Origin: Paraspadella gotoi | Lineage: Eukaryota; Animalia; Chaetognatha | Assembly (NCBI GenBank): GCA_051294375.1 | Contig: CM119270.1 | Coordinates: 18,843,546 to 18,907,545, forward strand | DNA: 64,000 nt | Direction: 5' to 3' | Part shown: piece after piece, positions 34,601-47,280 of the stretch | Layout of the letters: each line of letters begins with the position of its first letter | How positions within the stretch are numbered: the first letter of the stretch is position 1 | The notes under the pieces: model-generated | What the model saw: only the letters and a program-made list of their open reading frames with translations | Database searches by the model: none | What the model was told of the DNA's origin: nothing | Made by a program: the position numbers and the translations under genes

Positions 34601-36751
34601 CGGTATATAAGTTATCTATTCGTCGTTAATCTTTAAATTCAAGCTTATATAATCCCTTAAAGTTCTCTTCAATCTAACATCGTAAAAAACAACATGTGAA
34701 AAATTAAAGACTCTTCAGTCTCTAAGGGGGTGAAATGAGTGCGATAGAGGAGAGAGAGAAAAAATTGTGAACTCTCGATCGCGATCCCGGGGATCGAGGC
34801 GTTTCGCCACATCGCATTCACGCGACTTATTTCGATCATTATCGCTCCATTAACGAAAATCCAACAAAGTTCTTCAAATAGAAATTCAACTTCACAAAGT
34901 CACGCCCGCGGGTTTCGAGAACGCAACGCTCTCGTTTCGGGTGGCGAGAAACCAAAGTTCGCGGAGCTCTGCTATGGATGTGCGCGGCCAAACTCAAGCC
35001 TCTTGTCCTTGAGGTATCTCAACTGTAACAGACCCTTAGTCTACCCAATGAAGATTACGTTGTTAGTCGAAACATACTCGCCGTCAACCAATCAATATCC
35101 TCTGTCACGTCCAATCAAACCGCTTCAGACTCCGTATTTTTTAAGCGGCCGTACACCACAAAACCAAATAGCGTCGTTTGTCTCGGCTCTTTCTCGACCA
35201 TGGTGTAATTTCACTGCATTCACGAGAGAATCGCATTAGATGAACAAAATCCGAGGAAAAAAGGAAAAAAAAAGAGAGGAAAGAAAAATATGTTTTCTGA
35301 AAAAAAAAATGGGAGTCGGAGAGCAGAGCATTCCATAACGAGCGCGATGAGAATGCAACAGATGTCCGGAAAATTGTGTTTTTTTCCTCAGGGCGCTGAG
35401 GTAGATTAAAAACGCACGTGGCATGCTAACGGCATGTATCGGATGAGAGTAAGTATAAATTATAAAATATCACTTATAGAAAATAGAAATAAATTTACTC
35501 GATATTTTGTCAATATTTAGTGTATCTAATGACTTTCTGTGACGTATGAAATGTGAAACAGGACCGCTCGGTCGCGAAGTACGGCGATACAAAAACTCCT
35601 GCTTTAAACCTTTCAAACTCGCACGCCGAGCGGGAATCGTCGGGTTTTACTGCAGCAATGCCGCGATTTGCAGTGCGAACGTCTGCGATATCTTCTCGCA
35701 TGACGGAAGGAAGCGGACTCTGTGAAGGCGGAGGTAAGGGAAGGGGAGAGTTGTGAGGGGAAGAGAAGTGAGTGAAGGGATTTATGAAAACAGGAAAGGA
35801 GGAAGAGGAAAGGAAAGAAATGTGGAGTTCAACGAGGATATGGAAGGTAAAGAAAAGAAATGCAGAAACGAAAGGAAACAAGTGAGGCCATAGAGAGAGA
35901 AGAAGAAGAACAGGAAGAGAGAGAAAAGATGAAAAGAGAAGAAAGCAAAAAAGAGAGGAAGAGAAAGGGAGAAAAGAAAAGAGAAAGAGAGAGAAGACTG
36001 CGTCACGCCTCCCGTTGTTTGCTAAAGCGAAGGAGACTAATGGAGCAACAGTCGAGCCAAAATGTTGATCAGGGATTAAAAAGAAAAAAAAATTGTTTCG
36101 TCGCGTGAACGCAGCGAGTCACGCCCACGATGAGAGACGCCGCTTCGCCGCTTCCGCCGCCGCCGCCGCCAGCATCTTTCCGCTTCTGACCGCCTCCAAC
36201 GCCCAGCGTCCTGCTTCGTACGCGATCACAACGTTGATGGCAAGACGAAGTCAATGGAGACGTTTGCCCTCGACGTGCGTGGACTACGATTGAGCGAAGA
36301 AAAGATGAAGGAATTTCTAAGAAATGGAGTAAGTTGTGTGTTGTTGCTTGAGAAAAGAAAACGACGAAGCGTTTAGGTTGAAGAGAAGATAAAGCTAACA
36401 GAGGGGTTCGAAGATGATAAAATTGATCATTATAGTCAAAAAGAAAGATAAAAGATTCAGCTTTGAAGGACCTAAGAAGTAAATTAAAATGTTTAAATTT
36501 CTCATAAGTTTCATTGTGAATAAATTGATTATATGACGGTTTCTTGTCTCCTCGAATCAAAATATTATCCCAAGTCCTGTAAATCCAGTTGTGGCCTCTC
36601 TCTACTCTCTCTCTCTCTCTCTTCTCTCTCTCTCCAGTCTCTCTACTCTCTCCTCTCTCTTCATCTCTCTGTCTCTCCTCCTCCGTCTCATCGGTTATCG
36701 GTTTCTCCGTCACAAAAAGGTTATCTTTCCGGCTTGAGCAGTTGAGTGAGT

Positions 36752-36782
<31 letters not shown>

Positions 36783-38302
36783 AGAGAGAGAAGAGAGAGA
36801 GAGAGAGATGAGAGAAGAGAGAGAGAGAAGGAACAGAGTGCGTCGTCATGAAGCGCAAATGGGCATGCCCTCAAATCTCTATATGATATCCAGACTTGAA
36901 ATGAAAAAAATTCTTTATTTATGAGATAAAAATACAAATCGAGATAGAACTATAATTTAGAAAATAATAAAAATAATTAGAAACATAATTAGAAATAAGA
37001 AAATAACCCAAGATTGAATAAAATAAAATAAAATAAATCAACCAAATGAAAAAAAATTACAAAATATAAAGATTTACAGAAGTAACTGGAAAAAAGGACA
37101 CAGCAAAGAGAGACTAAAATCACGTGAAAATAGTTCGGCTGAAAAAAAAGAGAAATAAAAGAGAAAAAAAATCCGAAAAATAAGAAAAAAAGAAAGGAAA
37201 AAAAAGAAAATAACAAACGAGGTTCCGTTTGCCCGAAGATTCTCTCCCCCTGGTGATATTTTTCAACGCGTTTCCTGTTTTGTTTTGGCGAAAAAAACCA
37301 AAAAACAAAAAAAAAAAAAACAAAAACAAAAAAAAAAAAAAAAAAACGTGAAAACGACGAAAAATGAACTTTCGACTTTTTCTAATTTGTCATCCAGGAA
37401 AAGCTTTTTCACCGACTTAAATAGTCGGCGTAAAGAGCGCCAGGATAGTGCCGGAATCCTGCTTTGAACGCGCTTGGGAGGGGCCGTGAGCTATCAGCGC
37501 CAATTCCTCGCTCAAAACCTCGTTTGCGGGGCCATGACAAAAACATTTTCAACGGCGCATTCCATCACAGCGCCCGTTTCCGGTGCCACTGACTTTGAAT
37601 TCCCTTGGCGCGCCATTAGCGCCACTTCTGGTTCCACAGGAAGCCAGGACGCGGCGTCGCTGCAGGTGATCGTGACACGTCCCGAACGATTTTCGTTTAC
37701 GTCGCATTTGACATCGTCGTCGTCGTCGTTATAAGTCGCGTCGTCATCGTCGTCGTCTTGAGGTAAAAAACGATCGATTTCAATTTGATATTCGTCGTAA
37801 AAAATAAAAATCGGAATCACAAACGTGGAAGTGATAAGAAAGAAGAACAAGGTCGACCTTTGTTGAGCTTAAAATATTTTTGCATATTGCAGTAAGAAAA
37901 AGTTAGCTATGTTTACGTTAAATCATTATAAATTGAGCACAGACTTTGCGCCTAACTTTTTTTATTTTTTGCTAGGTCCGGATTTTTTGTTTGCAGAATC
38001 TAAGCCATTTTTTTAATCCATGAAATGTAAATTGTAAAATTAGTGACCGTCACAGTGATAGTGATTCACCGAATCAATTGTATTGAAGACTTGGCATCAT
38101 TTTTTCAAAATTATATCAAACTTAAGAATTAAACTATTAATATCAAAAATAACTTAATAATCGTGAATCATTAATCATGTAATTAATAAAAATAATAAAA
38201 TTCTGTGCTTCGCGAATTTTTCTTTATTCTTTCTTTTTCTCGCCAGGGGATACAATCCGTGGCAAGCAGAGTTTCTCAATTACAAGTAAAACAGGTTTTT
38301 CG

Positions 38303-38379
<77 letters not shown>

Positions 38380-38704
38380 AGAGAGAAGGGAGAGAGAGAG
38401 AGAAAGTCGAAAGTCAACAAACGCGTAAAAGATTTTTGTCAAATTCAGATAAATCAACGACTGAACGACAAGTTGGCTGAGCACTTCAGTTTATTGCATT
38501 TGTCGAAGTTAAAAGATAGCGATGACGAAACACAATAAATTAACCGAGTGAAAAAATACACAATGAAAAATGAAATTACATAAAAGAAGAAAAAATTAAA
38601 TAGACAAAGTTCAACGTGTCAAAAAAAAAAAAACTTATCAAAAAAATGCGTCCCGAGGTCTATCCACGCCTCGTGGCGTTATTTTGCGCCATCGTCGGCT
38701 GGAG

Positions 38705-38757
38705 TGACGTCATTTTCTCGACGGAGATCGACGTTACGGTGACGTCATCTGGCGTCA
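38705..38757 (+). promoter_or_regulatory. Cluster of CRE (CREB/ATF) palindromes upstream of the Cys-rich gene
   Basis: Perfect TGACGTCA at 38705-38712 and 38740-38747, plus TGGCGTCA at 38750-38757, about 70-120 bp before the putative ATG at 38828. Confidence 0.5.
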
Positions 38758-38827
38758 AATGTCGCGACGGAAGAAAATGCACAAACAAAAAGTAAAGAAG
38801 TACACGATTAGTTTTTTTTTTTTTGTG

Positions 38828-41049
38828 ATGTTTTCTCTATTTTCCATCGAAAACTATTGTAATACTACTTAGTTATTACTGACCCTGTTCGGAACTGTTC
38901 AAAAGAGTGACGCGTCGTTTAAACAAACCAAACGCAGGATTTAAAGTTCCAGAAAGCAATAGAAAAATCTCACAGATCCTCTGGGTTCACCAAAAGAGGG
39001 GGCTAACCACATCGTCCGAGCCTACCCTCCCTTTCCTCCCACTTTAATCCACGAGGACTTCACTCACCCTTTTACTTACCCCGCCCCACTCACTCCAGCT
39101 ATTGGTCCTATTACTGCTACTTGGACGACGGACGCTGGGATCTTTGCTGCAACGACGCAAATGGCTGCGCCCCTCTCCTGTCCCAGACGCTGCCGCCGTC
39201 GTCTAAGCAGCAGCAGCGAGAGACTTTCTGCAGCACCAGCTCCCATAAGACCGTCGACGAAGGATCAGGCCGCTGCCGCACGAAGGCGGAGAATCTCACC
39301 ATGGCCGGGGTTCCTTGCGACGTTGGAGAATTTTGTGGATATTATGGGCGCAAGTGAGTTTGGAGGGGATTGGTGGGTAAGTAATGGTAAGTTATCATTA
39401 GAAGAAAGAGAAAAAGATCATATGGGCTTGAAGTGAAAAAGGTTTTTGAGGTGGGTAAGAGAAATCTTTGTCGATGTGGTCAGTGGGTGAGAGAAATCTT
39501 TGTGGATGTGGTCAGTGGGTAAGAGAAATCTTTGTTTCAAATGTGTCAGGGTAATGGAGAAATCTTTATCAATGTGCCAGTTTATCCTCGCAACAAAATT
39601 TACCTCAAACGAAGAAAGAAAGAGTTTCCGATCGAGAATCTGAGTCTGGCTGGAAAGCGTTAAATGAAAAAGGGCAAAAATGACCTGTTGCATAGTGAAT
39701 CGGTTACACGGTTTATAATCAGATTAGAAACTTTAGTTTACATCATGTAACATTGTGAATCGATTGTAAAAGTGATTGTGACTCAAATAATGTCTCGAAC
39801 TTTCTTCTTCACAAATTCCTTCTCAGATACCAATGGTGCTGGACTAACAAAGGCGAAGCACAGTGGACTACTGTTGCTTCCCGGATCTCCTTGCAAAGAA
39901 ACCGTGATCGAAAATCACGTCTTGTTCGCTTGCAAATCTTGTCACGGTGAGATTTATATAACAAATCTTATAATCAGAAATCTTCCGGTATAAATCTTCC
40001 GTCTTCACCTCCAGTGGTCAGTCACCACTGCCACGACGTGGTCCACCCTTGCCAACCACGTCCCGTCCACCGCAGCATCCATAACTACGCCTGCGTCCGC
40101 CCCTGCAGCCAGGGCGACCGCAGTAGCGCGAGAGGCTCGTGGACATCGGAGAGTACGGTTGGTTGCTACGTGAAGAAGGACGAGTCCGCCTGGGATTGGT
40201 GCTGCGCCTTGGGGGAGACTTGCGGCACAGGTGCGGCATAATGATGCGAGTGTCAACAGCACGCGGTAAGTAAGAGAGCAATTGTTTCTTTTTAATTTTA
40301 TTTGTGGGAAAAAAAGTAAGATATTCTTTAAGATAATAATAATAATCTTATTTACATTTTGCCGTCGAATGAATATTTTTCTGTTTTAAACGTCAACTTG
40401 ATATGAAATTTCCGCTTTGATTGGAATTTTTGTAGGTATATTCTAGTAAAATAGCTAATTGTTTTAAATAAGATGTTCACTAATAATTACTGGTTAATAA
40501 TATAATATTTATAGCGACGAGGGGAAGAGAATAAAAGAATAAAAGAATAAGTAATTAAAAATATTTTTCTACCTCAAAATTTCAACTTTTTCTTTTATGT
40601 ATGGCATTTTCAGTCCAATGTCATTTTGGATCCTCTACGTTTAGATTATTCTATTCGGTCTGGGAAAACTGATGATAACCGTAAAAGTTGTGACGTCGTC
40701 ATTATTACGTTACACAACCCCAACCTTTTCCCAATAAAGGTGTTACGTACGCGAGGGACAGCGTTGGCCCATGGACTGCAAAAAGTCCTCGGCACCGGAT
40801 CCGGTGCCGGAGGATTTCCGGTCGCCGATCACGCCCACGGATTTGAACACGGGGGAGATCGTGGGTGAGGGGATAATCAACAATACTGTACCACAGTATT
40901 AACAATAATCTCGCGGCGTCTTACAGTATATTACCCTTATTTCCTCTTCACCAGCCATCGTCGTCATCGTCGCCGTCATCGTCGCTATCGTTTTACATTT
41001 CGTTCTTCGTCGATTCAACGATAAACCGGGATGGAGTCAGTTGAATTAA
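38828..41049 (+). CDS. Cys-rich type I single-pass membrane protein with repeated C-[YW]...W-D-x-C-C modules. Exons: about 38828-? (noisy), 39099-39353, 39827-39946, 40015-40265, 40740-40864, 40955-41049
   Basis: GT-AG exons with compatible phases after allowing a few single-base indels: YWSYYCYLDDGRWDLCC..TMAGVPCDVGEFCGYYGRK / YQWCWTNKGEAQW[D]YCC / ..VGCYVKKDESAWDWCC.. / RCYVREGQRWPMDCKK..LNTGEIV / AIVVIVAVIVAIVLHFVLRRFNDKPGWSQLN-stop. A signal-peptide-like stretch (KTIVILL..LLLTLFGTVQKSDA) follows 38828. Confidence 0.75.
39451..39580. repeat. 32-bp intronic minisatellite, about 4 copies
   Basis: gtgggtaagagaaatctttgtcgatgtggtca repeated in tandem with decay. Confidence 0.85.
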
Positions 41050-43099
41050 CCGTTTTGCGCTGTTGCGGATTTGACGCTGCGTCGTCGATACTGCGGCGTC
41101 GATACTGCGGCGTAGATACTGCGGCCTAATGCTGCAGCGGGCAATGCCTTCGATTTAAACGCGACCATTAATTATCATTAAGTCGTTAGTNNNNNNNNNN
41201 NNNNNNNNNNNNNNNNNNNNNNNNNNNNNNNNNNNNNNNNNNNNNNNNNNNNNNNNNNNNNNNNNNNNNNNNNNNNNNNNNNNNNNNNNNNNNNNNNNNN
41301 NNNNNNNNNNNNNNNNNNNNNNNNNNNNNNNNNNNNNNNNNNNNNNNNNNNNNNNNNNNNNNNNNNNNNNNNNNNNNNNNNNNNNNNNNNNNNNNNNNNN
41401 NNNNNNNNNNNNNNNNNNNNNNNNNNNNNNNNNNNNNNNNNNNNNNNNNNNNNNNNNNNNNNNNNNNNNNNNNNNNNNNNNNNNNNNNNNNNNNNNNNNN
41501 NNNNNNNNNNNNNNNNNNNNNNNNAAGAAAACATAGAATGCTAAGATAGAGAAGACGCAAACGACCCAATATGACGACGACAACGACGATGACAAGAACA
41601 ACGACGACGACAACAACGACAACGACGTCCAACATAACGACGAATAGCAGTACAACGACGATGAAGATGACGGAAGCGTCGAAGCCACCAACGACGTCCG
41701 CGTGGATTGATGACCTCGTTGACGGCGTCACGTGACGGGCTTTGATTTATGTCTTCTTTTGTCGCCTGGCAACGAGAGACGTGAGACGTCCGATCGACGG
41801 GAAACCACGTGCTTGGTCGGGATTTTTTTTTTCTCTCTTTGCTTGCAATAACTTTCACGGTGCTTGTTGAGAATTGTCCCTCCAAGGGGCGGTCTTTAGG
41901 TAAATCCTTCTTTTACTTTTACTCTGCTATCTTTGTTTTTTCTTCGTGCGCTTAGGATTTCTAAGAAAAGCCTCTGAACTCCGTCCTCACAAACGAAACA
42001 CTTATTGTTTATGTTCTGAGAAGAGATAAGAAGAGAAAGGTCGGACCAAACGACGCCTTAACGCCGTTCCATCGACGAGGTAATGTCTTTGGAATCGGCG
42101 CCGTTGCAAACAACGCCGGTCCAAACCGGCGCGGTTACGAACGTGACGCCGAAAATATCCCATTTCAGATTAACGGAACGATTTTGTGATTTTTGAGAGT
42201 CGGTAGGGACGGAGAATAGAGGGTAAGGGAGGGTTGGGGTTAAAAAAGTAAGTTGGGCCAGAGGAATGAATGAATGAATGAATGAATATAAACGAATACG
42301 GTACTGAGGCAAAAGGTTTTAGAAGATTGGCTCGAAAGGATTCTCACCAGGGGAACACGTTGGAACGGAGTGGAACCGATTGGAAAGAACGACGACGACA
42401 ACAACAACAACCAATTTCGACGATTCGAACGTTTGTCTTCATTTTTAGACGTCAAAACATGAAAAAAAAGAANNNNNNNNNNNNNNNNNNNNNNNNNNNN
42501 NNNNNNNNNNNNNNNNNNNNNNNNNNNNNNNNNNNNNNNNNNNNNNNNNNNNNNNNNNAAGAAAGAAAGAAAGAAAGAAAAAAAGCAAGAAAGAAAGATG
42601 GGAGGAAAGAAAGAAAAGAAAAGAAAGGGAGCAACGAGGAATAAAGAGATCACAAAACCCGCAGGTGAAAAGAAAATTTCCCAAAAATAAATTTCACGTC
42701 GTCAAAATCGGAAGTAATAAAAATCCCGCGCAGGGTTCCGCCCACGCAGCAGCCGACGCAGGCCGTCGACACGGCAGCATACGCAGCGAAATACGCAGCC
42801 GACGCCGAAGCTCAGCAGACTACGCAGCTGTCACCACCAAAAGCCGTCAGTCGAAAAAACCGAAAAACATCGAGAAATCTTAATTTTTTTCNNNNNNNNN
42901 NNNNNNNNNNNNNNNNGACCCATAAAACGAATTTGAATCAGGGGGAAGGAAATCTACTAATTTTTTTTTTCTTCACATTTTTTCTAATAGAACATTTACT
43001 CTTCCAGGGCATACCGTGGGGTGAGGGGCGGGGGGATGAGGGCGAGTTATGAGATGATGAGTTATAGAATTGGTGAATTAGACTTAAATATTTGTTTCA

Positions 43100-43580
43100 A
43101 TGGTCTATGAATAGATAGTGATTAATCCTTTTCGCTTAAAATAGAAGACTGGTAGTGTAAAATTTAGTAAAAAGGTTTTAGTATTGTGGAGAACCCTTGT
43201 TTTAATGTTAAGAGATGATGGAGATTGAGATGGGTATGTTTTTAAAGTGACTGTTCCTGGGGTTCTAGAATTGAGATTAAATGCTGGGATGTAAGAAATG
43301 ATGGAGATATATTTATGTGCTGGGTAGATGATGAAGGCTATATCTATGTGCTTGTGTGAGAGATGTGGGATTTGATGGCTGGGGGTAGCCACCAGACTCC
43401 GCAGTGGATTGTTATTGATCGCACTGGTTTACATAATAATTTCTGTGTGTGTGGGAGATGAACATTTCGCGCGTTCCACCCTGTCTTGTACGTGTACGTC
43501 GATTGCATAAATTGTATGAATGTTCGTGCGGGTCATATATTTTAAAACAACATTGTTACAAGTAATTTCATAAAATAGTA
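43100..43580 (-). mobile_element. Possible highly degenerate LINE ORF1 zinc-knuckle / ORF2 endonuclease junction
   Basis: Broken frames give CNN.CFKIYDPHEHSYNLC and AKCSSPTH (CCHC-like), followed by HKHIDIAFI (APE-like DI.FIQET). Many stops and shifts. Confidence 0.25.
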
Positions 43581-44715
43581 TTATGTGCGCGTGTAATTAT
43601 CTCAGTTTAAAACTGAATAAGGAGCGGATTCTAACATTTCATATGATCGAACCCAGTGGTATAGTGATAGTACACCTAGTAAAAGGGGTTACAGGAATGA
43701 ATCTGAAGCCGAAGCCTAAGCCCTGAAAGGAGGATCGGGGTAAAATCGGGTTGGGCCGGAGACTGAGTATACGCATTGAATCTTTTTCTGTTTACTCGCT
43801 GTTCCTTCTCGACGTTTTTTTATGCCTTCGTCTTTCTTTCCTTCATCAGTTCCTTAAATTCCCTGATTGGTGTATTAATTTTATTATTTCTGGTAGAGTT
43901 GTCATACACGAGGTGTAGCGTTATCGTCAGGGCTAGTTCCCGTCTTTCCTAATTTTCGCGGGTCGTCGTCCATCAACATTAGAGTCATCACTCTTCGTGC
44001 TCTCCTGCTGCTCGGTCATTGTCTGACATCTGTTTGTCTTATTTGTGGCTGATGTATTATTAGAGTCGTCGTTATCCAGGGTGGTCATTCTGGACCCTTA
44101 CATCGTTGTGCGCGATCCGGTCCGTCTTTTTATGCATAAATGGCTAGAATCTTGACATTTAGTATCGTCGTCAACACATAAGCGACGTGCTTCATAATTG
44201 TTGTCATTACATCATTTTTTCAAAAACATCCTCGCTACTTTTTGTTGTCATTTTGGACATGACAGGCTTCGTTTCTTACTCTTTTCTCTCTCTTCTCTCT
44301 CATCAATAGTCGCTACGTCGGTATTTAGATTTCTGCTCTTTTATCCATTCTTCTCTGTCCATCTCATATAATTCATACTTTGCCGTGACCATTTTTCTCG
44401 TGTCGAGAAAGTTTTGGGTCACTGTCATTCAGTTTTTCTCGCTATGTACATGGCAAGCCGCGGGGAGTGACCATATGACCAAAATTGTTAGAAATTGTCG
44501 TGCGGAGAACCTATTATTAAGCTAGAACGCATACCTAAATGGCTCTTATCTTCCGAGTCTGACTATGATTTATATTCTTCTCTTCTTCCGGCGATACGAC
44601 GTTAGAAAATTTTAAAAATTCACATCTCGTTATTAACTGGTCATCCACACACTACATTAATACGAGATGATTTAACACAGACGGCTATTTTTCTTTTTAC
44701 ACTCTTCTCCGTTTG

Positions 44716-45025
44716 TCATACGCAATCTGTCCTGTTTTTTGCGTCCTTTACCGTCCGGTTTAGTAACGCCCACTTGGCCATTTTGTCCGCTGCTTCCCCA
44801 CCCCCAAGCTCTTTGCTGGGGTCTCGAGCGTCCACGTTATCAGCCATCCACATAGATTTGTTGGACTGCAGATTAATGATCGAGAAAAAAGGAAGACGAG
44901 ATCGGTAACCGTTTTCGGAAACCGGAAGAGTAAATACCCGTTTGAGTGCAGTGGAGACGAGAGGTGCATAGAGGGAATCTGAGGAACGCATGAGAGATGA
45001 AGCATTTATTGAGAACGTCGGTCAT

Positions 45026-45058
<33 letters not shown>

Positions 45059-46341
45059 CAAGAGATGAGAGAGAGAGAGAGAGATAGGACAGAATTAAGA
45101 CATTTTTAAAAAAAAACATTATCCTAAAGTTTGAGGTGAAACAATTAATAGATAAAACTTGACAAAACGATTAGACTCACGAAATGGTCGTTATGATTAC
45201 TTTTCGATGAATACGCAGTCTTTAATTTTCGTGGTTGTCGTCACACGAGCCCCTCTGACGTACTTCTGTAAACCACGTAATTCAGAGTGAGAAATGGTCA
45301 CTTGTCTCTTTTTCTTGGCTATGCATCGGATGTCACGCGTGTTGCCTGGCTTTACGAGTAATGTGAACATGAGGTCAGGTCCGCTGCGAATCGTGATGCC
45401 TCGTGGGTGCAGGGGTACCGTCGTTTCGTTGCAGGGTGCCGGGATCCCAATCAGAAGTGGGGGTGGCCTGCACCGAGGTTCGTAATGGACTCCTTACGTC
45501 CAATACCATTAGTAGGTTCGCGTGTCCGCGAGTTGTCAAGCTTATTAAGGCTGGGGACAGGGATCACAGCGATACTGCAATACAGTCCAGTGTGTGTGGC
45601 TAAACAGCTTTGCTCGTTGATTTTAAGATATTTACGAGTGTACACACTATCCAGCTCCCAATGTTGGGGAACTCTGTTTGTCGAAAAATTATCCAACCGT
45701 TTAATTCAAATTCTGCCGAATTTTTTCCCCTTTCTTATTCTCCGGGTAGATGGCGCTAAGCGTCAGTCAGAGAAAGCAGGCGGAAAAACAGGCGGGAAAA
45801 CAGGCGGCTCAACCAAATATGGAAAGACGTTGGGCACAAAAAGCAGAATTAATTTGCATTAAGTCGAAAGACGAAAGGAGTTTTGGTGCCGACATTGTGG
45901 TTCAGACTTTGTGGGGAGACATTGTGGGCAACCGAGGAATATTGTGGTGACTGGTGAGGGTTGGAACGAACCAGAGAAGAATAGGAAGTACAGAAAAGAC
46001 TGTTTATGAAAGAAAATTTAAATGATGAATAGAGAAAAATAGAGCAGGAAAAATAAAGCTACTAAGATGAAATAAGAAAACTCGCTTTCAAAAGTTGTTT
46101 GGTTTAGGAATAAAGTTGTTCTGTTGGGGGTTAGCTTATCATTCAATTCTAAAACAGCTCTCAGAGAGAGAGAGAGAAGACAGAGAGAAGAGAGAGAGAG
46201 GATGAGGAGAGAAACCAGGAAAAAGTATTAGCCATAAAATCCGGCTGTTTTTCTTATTCCCCGTATCACGAGAAACCCATTCCATGTTTTTCTTCAATTT
46301 TTTTTCAGAGAGAGAGATGAAGAAAGAGAGAGAGAGAGAGA

Positions 46342-46383
<42 letters not shown>

Positions 46384-47280
46384 GAGAGAGAGAGAGAGGA
46401 GAGAGAGAGAAAAAGANNNNNNNNNNNNNNNNNNNNNNNNNNNNNNNNNNNNNNNNNNNNNNNNNNNNNNNNNNNNNNNNNNNNNNNNNNNNNNNNNNNN
46501 NNNNNNNNNNNNNNNNNNNNNNNNNNNNNNNNNNNNNNNNNNNNNNNNNNNNNNNNNNNNNNNNNNNNNNNNNNNNNNNNNNNNNNNNNNNNNNNNNNNN
46601 NNNNNNNNNNNNNNNNNNNNNNNNNNNNNNNNNNNNNNNNNNNNNNNNNNNNNNNNNNNNNNNNNNNNNNNNNNNNNNNNNNNNNNNNNNNNNNNNNNNN
46701 NNNNNNNNNNNNNNNNNNNNNNNNTTGATTCAAAGCAAGAATGAATTTCAAGAATTGCCCTTTTTTTGTAACTTTTTTGTAACTTTGATTGTTTGATTTC
46801 AAGGTTTACTTTTAGCAAGAATTTAACAAACATTGACAGCCGAATTTCATTATTCTAACTCGATCTAACTTACCAGAAAATAGCAGCTGAGAGGAACAGA
46901 TTTATGCGTTAATACTTAAATCTAATTTGCTTTTAGCCTAACGATTTACAATGCACTTTTATTCCCTTTTATTCCCTTTCTAAAGCAAATTAAATATAAA
47001 TATTGGTTCGTAACTCCGTTCCCTACCCGACGACGACGAACTCACCCTCTTTGAAAACCCGTTGGAAGTTGAACCTCCGAAGGTCGAGTTTGACGAAATC
47101 GATCCAACTCAAGTTTTTGTCATTTTCCAAAAGGATAAACTTTGGATTCTCGACGTTGTTGAGGGAAAAGGACGTCGCCTTGGCAACGACGACGACGAGG
47201 ACGACGACGATAGGGAAGACGACGAGAGAACGACGACGACGATGCGACGAACGACGGGAAGAGGGCGCGGACGGAGACAT
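44716..47280 (-). CDS. Putative orphan secreted or type II membrane protein; exons 47046-47280 and 44716-44978
   Basis: Exon 1 is MSPSAPSSRRSSHRRRRSLVVFPIVVVLVVVVAKATSFSLNNVENPKFILLENDKNLSWIDFVKLDLRRFNFQRVFKE G|gtgag (phase 1). Acceptor cctcag|AT continues in the open frame DSLYAPLVSTALKRVF...DCV-stop. No family recognised. Confidence 0.35.

Larger units (their letters stand above)
28420..38140. repeat. Local direct duplication: about 28420-33730 repeated at about 33790-38140, with internal partial third copies around the 32253-32263 gap
   Basis: Same ordered landmarks (LTR-tRNA element, decamer repeat, CCAAT block, gcgcaaatgggcat, gaatctaagcca). Copies differ mostly by scattered single-base indels and abut N gaps. 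Confidence 0.9.

Noticed and set aside
44770-45700. RNase H-like motifs (GEAADKMAK; GAG..V; GN...IAK)
   Set aside because: Short matches without the expected catalytic spacing; not enough to call a retroelement.
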